A DNA stretch of 64,000 bases. Source: Amoebophrya sp. A120 (lineage: Eukaryota; Protista; Dinoflagellata). The notes under the pieces were generated by a model. The model ran no database searches, was not told the DNA's origin, and saw nothing but the letters and a program-made list of their open reading frames with translations. The stretch spans positions 4,364,233 to 4,428,232 of the forward strand of contig CAJINV010000001.1 of NCBI GenBank assembly GCA_905178155.1. The letters are read 5' to 3'. Below, piece by piece: positions 33,804 through 44,609 of this stretch. The position numbers and the translations under genes are program-made. Numbering within the stretch: the stretch's first letter is position 1; each line of letters starts with the position of its first letter.

Positions 33804-34790
33804 GATGACCGTGTCGCAAGTCCGGGCTTGAAAACAGCGGATGACGCGCTTTGTTTGTTCAAGACGTTGTGACTTCGCCTTGGTCTTCTATTGGCTATGA
33901 GAAGTAGGCGCTTGCTCAATTGTTCCTGGAAGTGGAGAAGATGAGCAAGGTTCTCGTTCGCTTCGGCGTCGACCGCGGTTTGCGCATGAAATTTCTTGCT
34001 GCAAGTAACTGCTTTCTTTTTACTTAGGAGCGTGCCCCACAGGGTTGGGTAACACACTTCAGCCTGAAGGGAAGTAGGCACTATTTTTGAGAAAGACCTC
34101 GCTATGAATGGGGAAAGTGGCAAGTTTTACTTTTCGGTAGGTACGTGTGCGAACGACCAAAACATAAATTTGATTTTGTGCCCATATCAAAAAAAAACAA
34201 GTTGTCGTGTCGTATTTTCTTCGCACTCGAATCTCTCGTATCAGTCTTGCCTTTTGCGTCCCTCGATTGCTATTTGAACCCAATTCGAGTTCCCTCAGAA
34301 AAACTCCACTCGAGACAAACGATCCGCGATGGAAACGACGGAGGAAGCCGAAAAAGCAGTTCGTCTGCGAAAAACATACCACTCATATGCACTTTCGCAA
34401 AAAATGGGCAAAGAATGGCACTGATTAAGCATGGAAAACGAATTCGAAAATGCGCTCGCTACTATGACTCTGAAACGAGAACGACAATCTATAGACATAT
34501 TCATTGTATATCGATGCACAAGAAACTCGAATGAGAAAAGATGGGCAGAGCAGACAACGAAAGCAGCTCACTCCTCGACTTTGATGAAGTTGTCGAGAGC
34601 AGGGGGGTGTTCGGATCTCTTTGCTTTTGGTTATGGTCTACTTCCGTACGTCTGTAGCTGGGATATCAATTGACGTCGACATCATCGAGTTCGAGTCACA
34701 GTCAGAAAGTGGGGACAGCAAATGAGTGGAATCCGAGATGAAAAATCCAAAACTCTGTGAAAGCCCTACCCCTACCCAGTGCGGCTCAGA

Positions 34791-36140
34791 TCATCTTTTT
34801 TTAGTGTCGCAACCATCGTTCTCGACATCAGCAGAGCCAACCGGCTGCGCGCGTTTGTTCACCCTCGGCAGCTCTTTGCGCGAGCCAGGCAGCTCCACCC
34901 CGCGATCCCATTCAGCTGCGTACCTTGTTCCGCATGATGTCGTGTATGTTCCGGCGCCGTGGCCCTTGCCCTGCTCCCACTGGCCGTCGTATTGGTCTCC
35001 GGTTTTGTGGAAGTACCGCGTCCCTTGGCCGTGCTCTAGACCGCCTTCAAATTGGCCCTCGTACCTGTCTCCGTTGGCAAAGACGAGCGACCCCGCCCCG
35101 CTGAGCTGGGCCTCATGGAACTGCCCACTGTACGTGCTTCCGTCCTCACAGGTATAAGCCCCCTGGCCGTGCCACTTGTTTTTCTTCCACTGGCCCTGGT
35201 ACGTGGTCTCGCCTGGATAGGTCCAAGCCCCCTCGCCGTTTATATCGTCCTCCGACCATTGGCACTTGTACTTTATTCCGTTTTTATAGGTGCAGGCCCC
35301 GTCGCCGTGTCTCGCGCCGTCCCGCCACTGGCCTTCGTACTTTTCTCCGTCGGGAAAGGTCTGGACCCCCTCCCCGTGCGCGTTGCCGTCCTGCAATTGG
35401 CCTTCGTACTTTGCTCCGCCTGCAAGGGTCTGGACCCCCTCACCGTGCTCGCTGCCGTCCTGCCACTGGCCTTCGTACCTCTCTCCGTCGGGATTATTGT
35501 ACACCCCGTGGCCGTGGCGCTTTCCCTCCTTGAACTGACCGTGGTACTGTGCGCCGTTCGAATGCGTGAACATCCCTTCTCCGTGTTCGGATCCGTTCTC
35601 CCACTGGCCTTTGTACTTCGAGCCGTCTGGGGTAACGTGGATGCCCTCGCCATGCAGACCTCCCGAATCCCACTGGCCCTCGAGTCGGGTTCCGTCTCTG
35701 TAGAGGTAGGTCCCTATCCCGTGGAATTCATCGCCAATAAACTGGCCTTCATACTCCGCCCCGTCGGCCTCGATCAGAGTTCCTTCGCCTTTTTTTTTGC
35801 CTTCTTTCCACTGGCCGTTGTACTGTTCGCCGTTCGGCCAGTACGCCATTCCTTCACCGTGATACATGTCGTTCTTAACCTGGCCGTAGTATCTGTCGCC
35901 CCCCGCGCGGATCCAAACCGCTTCGCCGTGCCTTTTCCCTACGAGAAACTGACCACGGTATTCCTCCACGCCCGTCAAAATGCCTTCCCCGTGCGGAAGG
36001 TTGAACTCCCACTGGCCTTCATACTTCATACCGCCGTCCGCAGAAACGGAAGTTCCTCTCCCATGCATTTTGCCATCCTTCCATTCACCGTCATATGTGG
36101 TTCCATTTTCAAAAGTAAACGAAGCTCGAAAAGACGACAT
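34791..36140 (-). CDS. MORN-repeat protein (449 aa), tandem paralog of 31998-33803
   Basis: MORN repeats. Near-identical C-terminus GTYTTSCGTRYAAEW..GVELPGSRKELP..NKRAQPVGSADVE. Confidence 0.92.
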   Translation of the reverse strand: MSSFRASFTFENGTTYDGEWKDGKMHGRGTSVSADGGMKYEGQWEFNLPHGEGILTGVEEYRGQFLVGKRHGEAVWIRAGGDRYYGQVKNDMYHGEGMAYWPNGEQYNGQWKEGKKKGEGTLIEADGAEYEGQFIGDEFHGIGTYLYRDGTRLEGQWDSGGLHGEGIHVTPDGSKYKGQWENGSEHGEGMFTHSNGAQYHGQFKEGKRHGHGVYNNPDGERYEGQWQDGSEHGEGVQTLAGGAKYEGQLQDGNAHGEGVQTFPDGEKYEGQWRDGARHGDGACTYKNGIKYKCQWSEDDINGEGAWTYPGETTYQGQWKKNKWHGQGAYTCEDGSTYSGQFHEAQLSGAGSLVFANGDRYEGQFEGGLEHGQGTRYFHKTGDQYDGQWEQGKGHGAGTYTTSCGTRYAAEWDRGVELPGSRKELPRVNKRAQPVGSADVENDGCDTKKR

Positions 36141-36790
36141 GGTGTCGATACTCCTCAGCTTATCGCTAAGTACACCTTCCTATGAATGTAGTTATCTTAG
36201 CTGTGCTGCTGAGCCACGATGAGGGTTTGTTTGTGCGACTAGAGATTCACAAAAGGAGTAGTGATACATAGGAACACCGTGGTTCCTGAACTGACTTCTC
36301 TTGCTGGGATCGCGATCTCGTCGTGGAGAAGAATTGCACTGCGAGTCGCGAATGGGAAACGGAAGAAATTCGTATGTGAATCGTATGCATCATGATGACG
36401 ATGTTGAGATGTAGCATTTATTAAATCCATGCCCAGCCTAGCGTCACTATCTATTCATGACGAATTCCAACGGGAACGGCAGCAAGAAGCCAACAACAGA
36501 GAACTTGTGACGCAGAACACAGTCAGCACGCAAAAGAAGTGCTTCCGCTCCAACTGGTCTTCCGGCACTTTCTGTACCAGCACAGCAGTTGCCTAGTCCA
36601 CCGGTTTTCGTGACCTGATTTCGTGCAGCGTTGATTTCATCTACCAAGGCAACTTGGAAGGGTAGTTGCAGTTGGAGACAACTCGTCGCATCATCTTCAA
36701 GTTGTCCCGTGTCCGATGAATCACTACTGTGGCAGCGTAGCAGTGCCAATTCATTGTTCAACAGAGTCGCTTTGATGTTTATATCACTTT

Positions 36791-37639
36791 TTACATGAAA
36801 TCATCTTCCTCCAGTCGGCAGGCTTCGATGCTTCCGGCCAAAGCTGTCGCGGGGTCGACTTCCTCCACCTTTTTCGTCGTGTGGTACGCGGACAGCATGT
36901 CGCCGCACTCGTCCTTCTTTCGCGATCCCGGGAGTTTGCGCGATTTCTCGCCGCCCAAGGCGTCCACGTAGGCGGAATTACCTCCCCGCTCGGGAGCCTT
37001 CTTCGCCTCCTCTGCCTTCAGCTTCTCTTCCCTTTCCTTCGCGGCCGCCTCCCGCCGCTTCTTGATCTCGGCTAACCGGGCAAGATCTGCCTTCGCCTCG
37101 TCGGTCTTGCCTTCGCGGTGCAGCTTCTCGTAGCTGTTTGATTTTTTTGAAGCAGGAGATGGAGATGACGGTGATTTGACTTCTTTTGGTTCACGAGCCT
37201 GGAGGCCACATTCTCATGTATTTTCCTAGCAGGTAGACTACCTCCGAACTGAGACTATGATCACTTCGTTAAAAAGAACATCAAAAAAGAAAAACACAAC
37301 AGTTGTATAGTACGCTCTGCGCTTCTTTTCCTTCTCGATTTCCTCTCTCTGCTTGCGACTGGGACCGTCCGCGAACGCCTCGTCCTCGTTGTTGAGCGCC
37401 CCGTTCAGCGTCTGGCGGTCCATCAGATCCGCCAGGGTGGCGCCCTTCTCCTTTTTGAACACCTTCGGATCGTCCTCACCCTCTTCCTCGTCGCTGGAAC
37501 TGGACTCACCCGCGTCCTTCTCCGCGTCCTTCGGTGCGTACGGGTCCTCGCCCCGGTTCCGGGCCTTCACGGCCTCGAAGGAAGAGACCTGCTTCGCCCG
37601 GGACATGCCCTTCTTCTTGTCCTTCTTTTGCGGCGGCAT
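36791..37639 (-). CDS. PDAP1: PP28/HASPP28-domain protein (PDGFA-associated protein 1-like)
   Basis: SRKQREEIEKEK..RA/YEKLHREGKTDEAKADLARLAEIKKRRE across GT-AG intron 37134-37313. Confidence 0.85.
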
Positions 37640-38349
37640 GGCTGCTTTATAATTTCTCGGGGGTAGGATGAATGAGTAGTAGACAAACAACACTGACTTA
37701 AACTTAAAATGACTCACTGGGGGAAGAAACTAACTATCTGCTATTGCGGGTCGAGAATCAAATTCAAGTTCTGTGTACTTTGTAGTTTTATTTCCAAACC
37801 TTAGTTTTTCTTCGAATCGCTGGTCGGGGAGGTAGGGTAAGAACTATTTGCATGAATTGGTCGATGTGATAAAAACCGACTTCATACGATTGGCATATCA
37901 GTACTCATCTTCATTTGTTGCGAGAGCGGGATCCAGTTTTCTCTTGGCGTAAGCACTCGAAGCACATTTTCATTTTCTGATCTGAATTGATGTTCGTTTT
38001 TCTCGATCGACTTTGGATTTTGAAACACATCACGGGCCGCAGTTTCACATTTGGGGGCTCTCAGGCTACAAAGTCAACAACTGCAGATTCAACATTGGTT
38101 CATTTTTTCCAGGAACGCAGAAAAGCTGCATCAATTCATACAAAACTATCCAACGTCAATTGGAATTGCCCAAAGCAAAACTAAACAAAGAACGATTCTG
38201 GTACGTTGTAGAGGTTCATTGAGGTAGTAGTCTCATCGTCAGATTTGTTCAAGAAAGTCTCTATATTTTTAGGCCGGTCTCACCTATGGAGGAAAAATAA
38301 AACCAGAATCGTGTACACACAACTTTCATCAAATTCATGCCTTCTCAGC

Positions 38350-41300
38350 TCACACCCGTCGGCTCCCGGTTGTCTTTTTTCCCCCGACCGCTGTCTTCTT
38401 TTTGTTCAGCAGTGCTGTGTTCTTCACCTTACTCCGACCAGTAGCAGCCGTACTTTCCCCCGTTACAGCGCTTGGTCCCCCCGAAACGGTACTATCCTGC
38501 TTCTGGTCACCAGCTCCTGTTGTATCGATAGAGTTTTTCTTCGCTCCGGCTTTTTTGTTACCGACTGTTTTCTTCTTGTTCCCGCCACTCAGAGGACCTC
38601 CGCCTCGTCCGATTCCTTTTGTGCCTTTCGCGCCGGACGCCCGATTTTCCTTCTCCTCTTTCGCCATCTGGTCGCAGAGTTCCAGAAACTGGGGCATGAA
38701 GGCCAACACCTCTTTTGTCCCTTCGTATCGTTCTTTCAGTGCTGGACTCAGGTGCTCCATTGGCAGTTCCTCTTTACTTAGCTCCACTGCCTGGTCGCGA
38801 TCGCCCAGCTGGTAAGCACAAATCATCTGCAATGCGGTGCATCGAGCGGCCTGAAAAGTTTTTTAGTGAGAAGTTCAAGTTTCTTTGCGCCTCATTTGGA
38901 GATGAATTGCTATCGCAATGTCCTCTGCGCATACGTAGATACTCAAGCATGCAGCTTCGCGCGCCAAAAGAAAAAGTTGACAAAAAATACCAAATTCTCC
39001 TTTGACGGTAGCACTGGTTTCTCCCAAACCTCTAAGCAGTGTCGGCACGCGAGGACCAGGAGCAACGTGTCTTCAAAATGTATCAAAGAAAAAAAGTTCG
39101 TCACGATCACTCAAGCGCATTTTCGCAATACAAAATTTTCTGTCATGCGTAAAAACGCATCACAGCCACATTTCATAAGGGATTTTCCTAGTGTTTCTGC
39201 AATACAAGGGCTAGCTGTGATGCTAAAAAAATTTGTAATGCAAAACCTTCAAGGGAATGACTGTGACAAACTTTTTTCTCTCCATAAAATGGTACCCTTG
39301 GATAATCGTCTCAGCCTCCAGGAGCAGCAAAAGAGGTTCGAAAGACGCAGTTTGATCTGTGATGTGTCGTGCGCGAAGTTTTCAACAGGACAACAAGGCA
39401 GGATGAAAACGCAGCAAAAAAAACAACTCTTCTATGATGAAACCAAAAAAATCCTTCAAGAAGTACGTTGCAAAACCCTTTCGCACAAAAGGTCAAAAGC
39501 GTGTCTTCGAAGCAAGTCCATGTCCAGCGGTCGATCGTCAGCCATCGGGTCATAGTCATCCATATCGAAGGGATCGTAATCGTCCAGGAAGTACGGATCA
39601 TCGAGAAAGTACGGATCATCGTTTCTTCCTCCAAAACGCCCGTAATTATAGGGATCATAGTCATGATCATACCCAAGGTCGTGGTCGTCCATATCTTCGT
39701 TGTCGAGAAATTCTTGCTGCTGCTGCTTCGAAAGCGTGTCCAACAGCTGCTGCAGCATCGCGTCGTTGTCCGTCTGCTTCTTGCTGCCTTTCGAGTTGTT
39801 TGCTTCCTTGGATGGAGCTTTATTGCCGCCGGCCTGATCGACGGGGGTTGTCGTGCTTTTGGCTCCCGTTCTACTTGCCGCGCCATAACTTGCTGTATTT
39901 GCCCCGGTTTTCGTAGTACCAGTGTACTGAAACCCCACTTCTTCGTCCAGGCTCGGTTTCTTCAGGTTTAATTTTCCCGAGCCTGCAGCCACGTTATTTT
40001 CCTCCTGCTCTGCCTTTACCCGCTGCTGTTCGATCAGTCTTAACAGGTTCTCCAGCGCCTCCGCTTCCCGCTCCGGGTCTGGAGGTTGGCCGTAATGTGG
40101 TTGTTCCCCAAAGCCGCCACCAAAGTCGTCGTCGTAGAAGTGCTCGTTCCGAAAATCTTCGTAAAACATGGCTTCTTGGTCGTCAAAAAAATCGTCGGAC
40201 TCCCCGTCGTATTCATCTGGAATGGAATATGGAAACAAGCACTGCTTTGAAAGAGAAAGACCCAAAATGGCTATCACTATCACCAATCACAGTTAAACAC
40301 AAGGAACTTCACAAGAAATAACCTAATTGTCTTTCCTTACCTGGGAAATCGAAGTCGTAGGGCGGACCGGGGTAACCATACTCGTCGTCATACTCTTCCC
40401 CGGGAAACATCCTCGACGGCGGTCGACCTGCACCTCTCCTCCCAGAAGATCCAGGTTGCTTCACGACGACCCCGGCATCGTCTGTGCCCAGGCACGACGC
40501 ACTTCCGCGGTTCCCCATGATTGCCAGCGTGCGCATCAGAGCCTCGGAATCGATCTGGTCTTGCCCTTGCCCGGTTGTAGTCACGGTAGGTGTGTTTGTT
40601 CTGGCCTGGTTGGAGGAAAATCCTGCGAATGATCGCTGTGCAACCTGAGTCGGCGAGGTTGCAGAAGCAGTTTTCAACGAGGACTGTTCTCGAGCAGGGG
40701 CAGCAGTGCTCGTGTTGCATCCGGTAAGGGTGTTAATGCATCTTTCCCAGAACGATTTTTGTTTACAACTCTGTTGGTCAGTTCCTTCGGGCTTGGCGTT
40801 CGAATCTTCAACATCCGCTTTTACAGTGGAATTTTCGGGATTCGTCGCAGATGAACCATGTTTATTCTGCGAGTCCCCGTGTTCCTTTGTTTGGCCGGGA
40901 TACAACAAGGTCCCGCCTGCGAACGGCAGCGCGGTGCGCGTTGTACTTCCTGGGTTTTCCTTTTCCGTAGAGGAGGGTAACTGAAATTCTAGCAATCCAG
41001 TACCTACTCGAGCGGGCGAGTCCTTTTTCGTTGCGGTCTTTTTTGGTGAGGTTGAAGTCTTCCTCGTTGGGGAGAAGAAGCCGGGCGCGGTGGGCTTCGT
41101 AGAAGCTGCGCTCGTCGGGTTTTCTTGCTCCGGCGGCGGCGGGGCTGGTATCTCTACCTTCGGGGTCCTCTTCACGGCGGGTGCATTCGTTTTTTCTTTC
41201 AAAGTTGTACCTGAGATCGCTGAAGATGAGAGGGAAGCTGTGCCTGATGGCGAGACCGTGTCTCGACGTCCTTGATGACCTTTTGTGCTCGTGGCGGCTG

Positions 41301-41646
41301 ATGTCAGCGGTTCTGTGCTACTTTTTGATGCTTTTTCTGACGCAGATTTCTCTTCTTCTTCTTTTGATTTTTCTATTGGTTGCGAAGCCGAGGTTGCGGT
41401 TGTTGTGGCAGGAGCAGGAGCAGCATTGGTACAGCTAATTGCGGTGCTCTTGTCCTTTAATGGGGTTTCCGGAGGAGATCCGGCAACGGACGACTCGGCT
41501 GCGGTTGAGCATGCGTCCTCATCTGTATGTCTGGGCGGACCTTCCTCGTTTTTCTTGGCTCGTTCCTCGGATTCGTCGTGCTTGTTCGCACCCCGCGCAC
41601 GCACGATTTTACGCCGTGCCCTCGCCTTTGCTGCGGCGGAAACCAT
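38350..41646 (-). CDS. Multi-exon low-complexity hypothetical protein containing one introner
   Basis: Series of minus-strand ORFs. IQGYHF/EDTLLL is open after introner removal. Other exon boundaries are approximate. Confidence 0.55.
39081..39286. mobile_element. Introner family F4, 206 bp
   Basis: TIR TAT....RAAAAAAGTTYGTCAC. TSD AAATG. Close homolog of 59163-59368. Confidence 0.93.
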
Positions 41647-42200
41647 CAGTAGGGCGCTGGATTCGTTAGGTTTGAAGATAGAACTAGAAATGGTTGTGAT
41701 ATCAAATCACTGACTCAGTTCTCATCATCTTCTACACACATTAGAAGACATGAAGATGAGGCACAAGCTTTTCAGTGCAATTTCTTTCGGAGAATGATCA
41801 TCGTCATGCCAGGCTGAAGAAATGACGAAAAAGACAATCACGAAAACAAAAAAAGAGATCGCTTTCTATGAATGCATGGAGAACTTTTGTTCGGGGACGA
41901 TGATCGAAAAAGGGAGGACTGTAACGGATCACTTATATCAAAAAGTAGTGCAAAAAGCGTTGAAGGGAAAACGGCCAGAAAACAGCTTCATGCAGAAAGA
42001 GAGTAAGACTCGACGAGACATGAGCAGAACACTGTTGATGAACGACATCGACATCGATCGAGAGATTATCCCATGACCGTTGCTGCAGCAACAAAGCCAC
42101 TGGCGCGCTCCTGATTTCATTGCTTTTGCTTCTGTCGTTGTCGGAATCTTTGTGCCGTAGCTGCGCTTCGGATAATCATTATCGTAGTTGTAATTGTATC

Positions 42201-42880
42201 CTATCCGCGCATAACTTTGTACTGGGGTTTGTTTGCTCGTGCTTCACGTTTCTGCTGTGTCTTCGATTTACCACCGTTTGGGTCTTCTGGTCCTCGGGGT
42301 GCCAAACACTGTCATGTTGTAATTGGACATAGTACATCGCCACTTCTATTTTTGGGCAGCTTCGTTCCTATGTCATTCGGAAACAAGAGCCGAACGCGCA
42401 CACTGATTACGCAATGCGAAAACTAGAAACTCACTCATGGCAATGCCAATAGAAAAAGCGCAAGTACAGGAAACACAAACAAAACACTAGGTGCTATTGC
42501 TTCTATACCCATCCTTTTATGAAGTCCCAGAGCTTGTAGGCCGCGTATCCTGGTACGAGTAGGTAGACTGCCCAGAACCACCTTGACACGTAGGCTACTC
42601 CGAGCTGCACGAAGAGGTTTATTATGTAGATATCCTGGTAGATGCTAAAGTCGGCGCCGATGTGCAGGCCGGACTCGATCCCGCGGAAGGTGAGGTAGGA
42701 GACGGTGAGAAAAAATCCGACTTCAAGCAGCGACCAGAACCCGAAGCCCCATATGCCGGCCTCCGTGAGGAACAGCGCAGCAATCAGGTAGAGGAGCGTG
42801 CAGACCGCAAAGGACCCCTGGTAGTACACGATGGACTCTGCCGCATTCTTTGCCCGCTTCTTGTCCGCTTGGCCAGCCAT
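42201..42880 (-). CDS. TMEM208: TMEM208/SND2 (DUF788) protein
   Basis: MAGQADKK N-terminus, YQDIYIINLFVQ and WFWAVYLLVPGYAAYKLW. GT-AG intron 42309-42508, then SKTQQKREAR tail. Confidence 0.85.
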
Positions 42881-43313
42881 TTTTTTTACGTGGATCTACT
42901 AAAACAGAAACATTGAAGATAAGATGAGTTACATCTTCAGTTCAACAAAGTACTCATCGTCATCAGCAATGGAATTGTCTCAAACAAGTGCCTCGCTGCA
43001 ACATCAAAAAGTGCTGCTCTGAACAAAGTTGAAAAACATGTATACTAAGTTTGAGTTGAACAAAACAGGTATCAATCTGTTGTTTTCTGCTACGGATCGC
43101 CTGATCAACTCTCACTGAATTTCATATTGATCCTCTAAAGGAAAAGGTAAAGGGATGCGGATGCGAGATCGACAAGAACAATGATAAAATTCACTATGTA
43201 TGGTAGCCTTGCGCGTTGGAACATCAACGATGGAAACACAAAGAAAAAAACTGATGCCAATGTGAACGAAAAAAGCATCGCCCACCAAACAGATCTGCAC
43301 TGCGGTATTAAGC

Positions 43314-44110
43314 TTATCCGTCACTCCTCGGCATTAACTCGATGCCCAAGATGAGGCCACGCTGCACATTCGGCCCTAAAGGCAATGCGGCCCCAGGCTG
43401 TGCCTGGGGGTAGTGGTGATGCGCAGTGACCCGCACAAAAGTTGTTTGGTTGGAAAACCCGGCCACGAGTAAAAGCCCTTCCACCATCCCTGCGACGTAG
43501 CTGCCGAGATTGCATTCGGTCGTGGAAACTGCGGAATGGAACACGTTTTTGTTGATGTCTGCCAGCTGGTATTCATTTTCGCCCTTTAACACCTCCGCCG
43601 CATGGCCGAACCAGCTTCGCCATATCTTGTCCGCGACAAACTGCAAAAACGGGACGATCCGCAGCTCCCGCTTCTGCACCCCGAACCGCAAACAGTAGAG
43701 ATCGAAAGTCCGGTATCCCACGAAAAAAGTGTTACAGTTACACATTTGTAGTCAATTCAGCAACACAAATTTCTCTGCATGAGAGAGAAAACTTGTAATG
43801 CAGAAATCCTACGGGAAAACACCTACGAAACGAGGCTCCTATGCATATCCGGCATGACAGAGCTTGTCTGTCTTGCTTGGCCTGCAACACAATGTGTAAC
43901 TGTAACAGCACTTTTTTCCTGTGATATCCGGAAGCCGACTCTTCTTCCCATGGCCTGCAGACGCCGCTCCAGTTCCGACGTTTCGTTCACTTGCTGAAGC
44001 AAATACGTCACCGCCTGGCCAACAACTAAGGAGAGGGTAGAGAGCGGCACTTGGCGGACTCCTAGTCCGCGACCGCCGTCGCTGGAAGCCCCGGTCAGTG
44101 TACGCTTCAT
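43314..44110 (-). CDS. TRAPPC5: TRAPP complex subunit 5 (Trs31)-like, split by one introner
   Basis: VPLSTLSL..ELERRLQAMGRRVGFR/TFDL..KRE..FLQFV..IWRSWFG; YVAGMVEGLL..GF..VTAH. Confidence 0.85.
43714..43926. mobile_element. Introner family F3, 213 bp
   Basis: F3 TIR. TSD TCCGG. Removal (218 nt) restores frame. Confidence 0.95.
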
Positions 44111-44609
44111 GAGACTTTAGGTGAAGTATAGTGCTTGGTACGTCTTGCTCACAACATTGCAGTAGCAGCAGAAGCAGTAAGTCCTTATCAATCTTATCCG
44201 AGTTTGAAAAAAAAAAAACGGCCAGATCTATTCTGAATGATTCTTCTGCGAACAATCCGATCGACGACTTCACCCGGAGCACTGACGAATACACAATGAT
44301 CGTATATATAATGCGATTCTTCTCTTTCCATTTCCACCGAAGCCTAGACGTCCAGACACTTGCTTTTACATGTGCACGCCATTGCTTGGATGCAACCAAA
44401 CAGTAAGTACCAGAGAACAGCGCTGTGAATGCAGATGCAACGAAATTCAGTGCTTACGTCGCACTGTGCTCCAAGGTGCGTTAGTTTTGCTTTTGACTTT
44501 CTTTGCCAGATAACTTTGCATATGCGAAAATGATGTCGTTTTGTCCGTACATAATCCTGGAAGATTCTTACTGCCGTCGCGCGACAGAATGATTCTTCGA
44601 AACAAGCGC

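Noticed and set aside
32000-36100. Regular repeats as a CRISPR array
   Set aside because: They are in-frame MORN coding repeats with no unique spacers and no cas genes.
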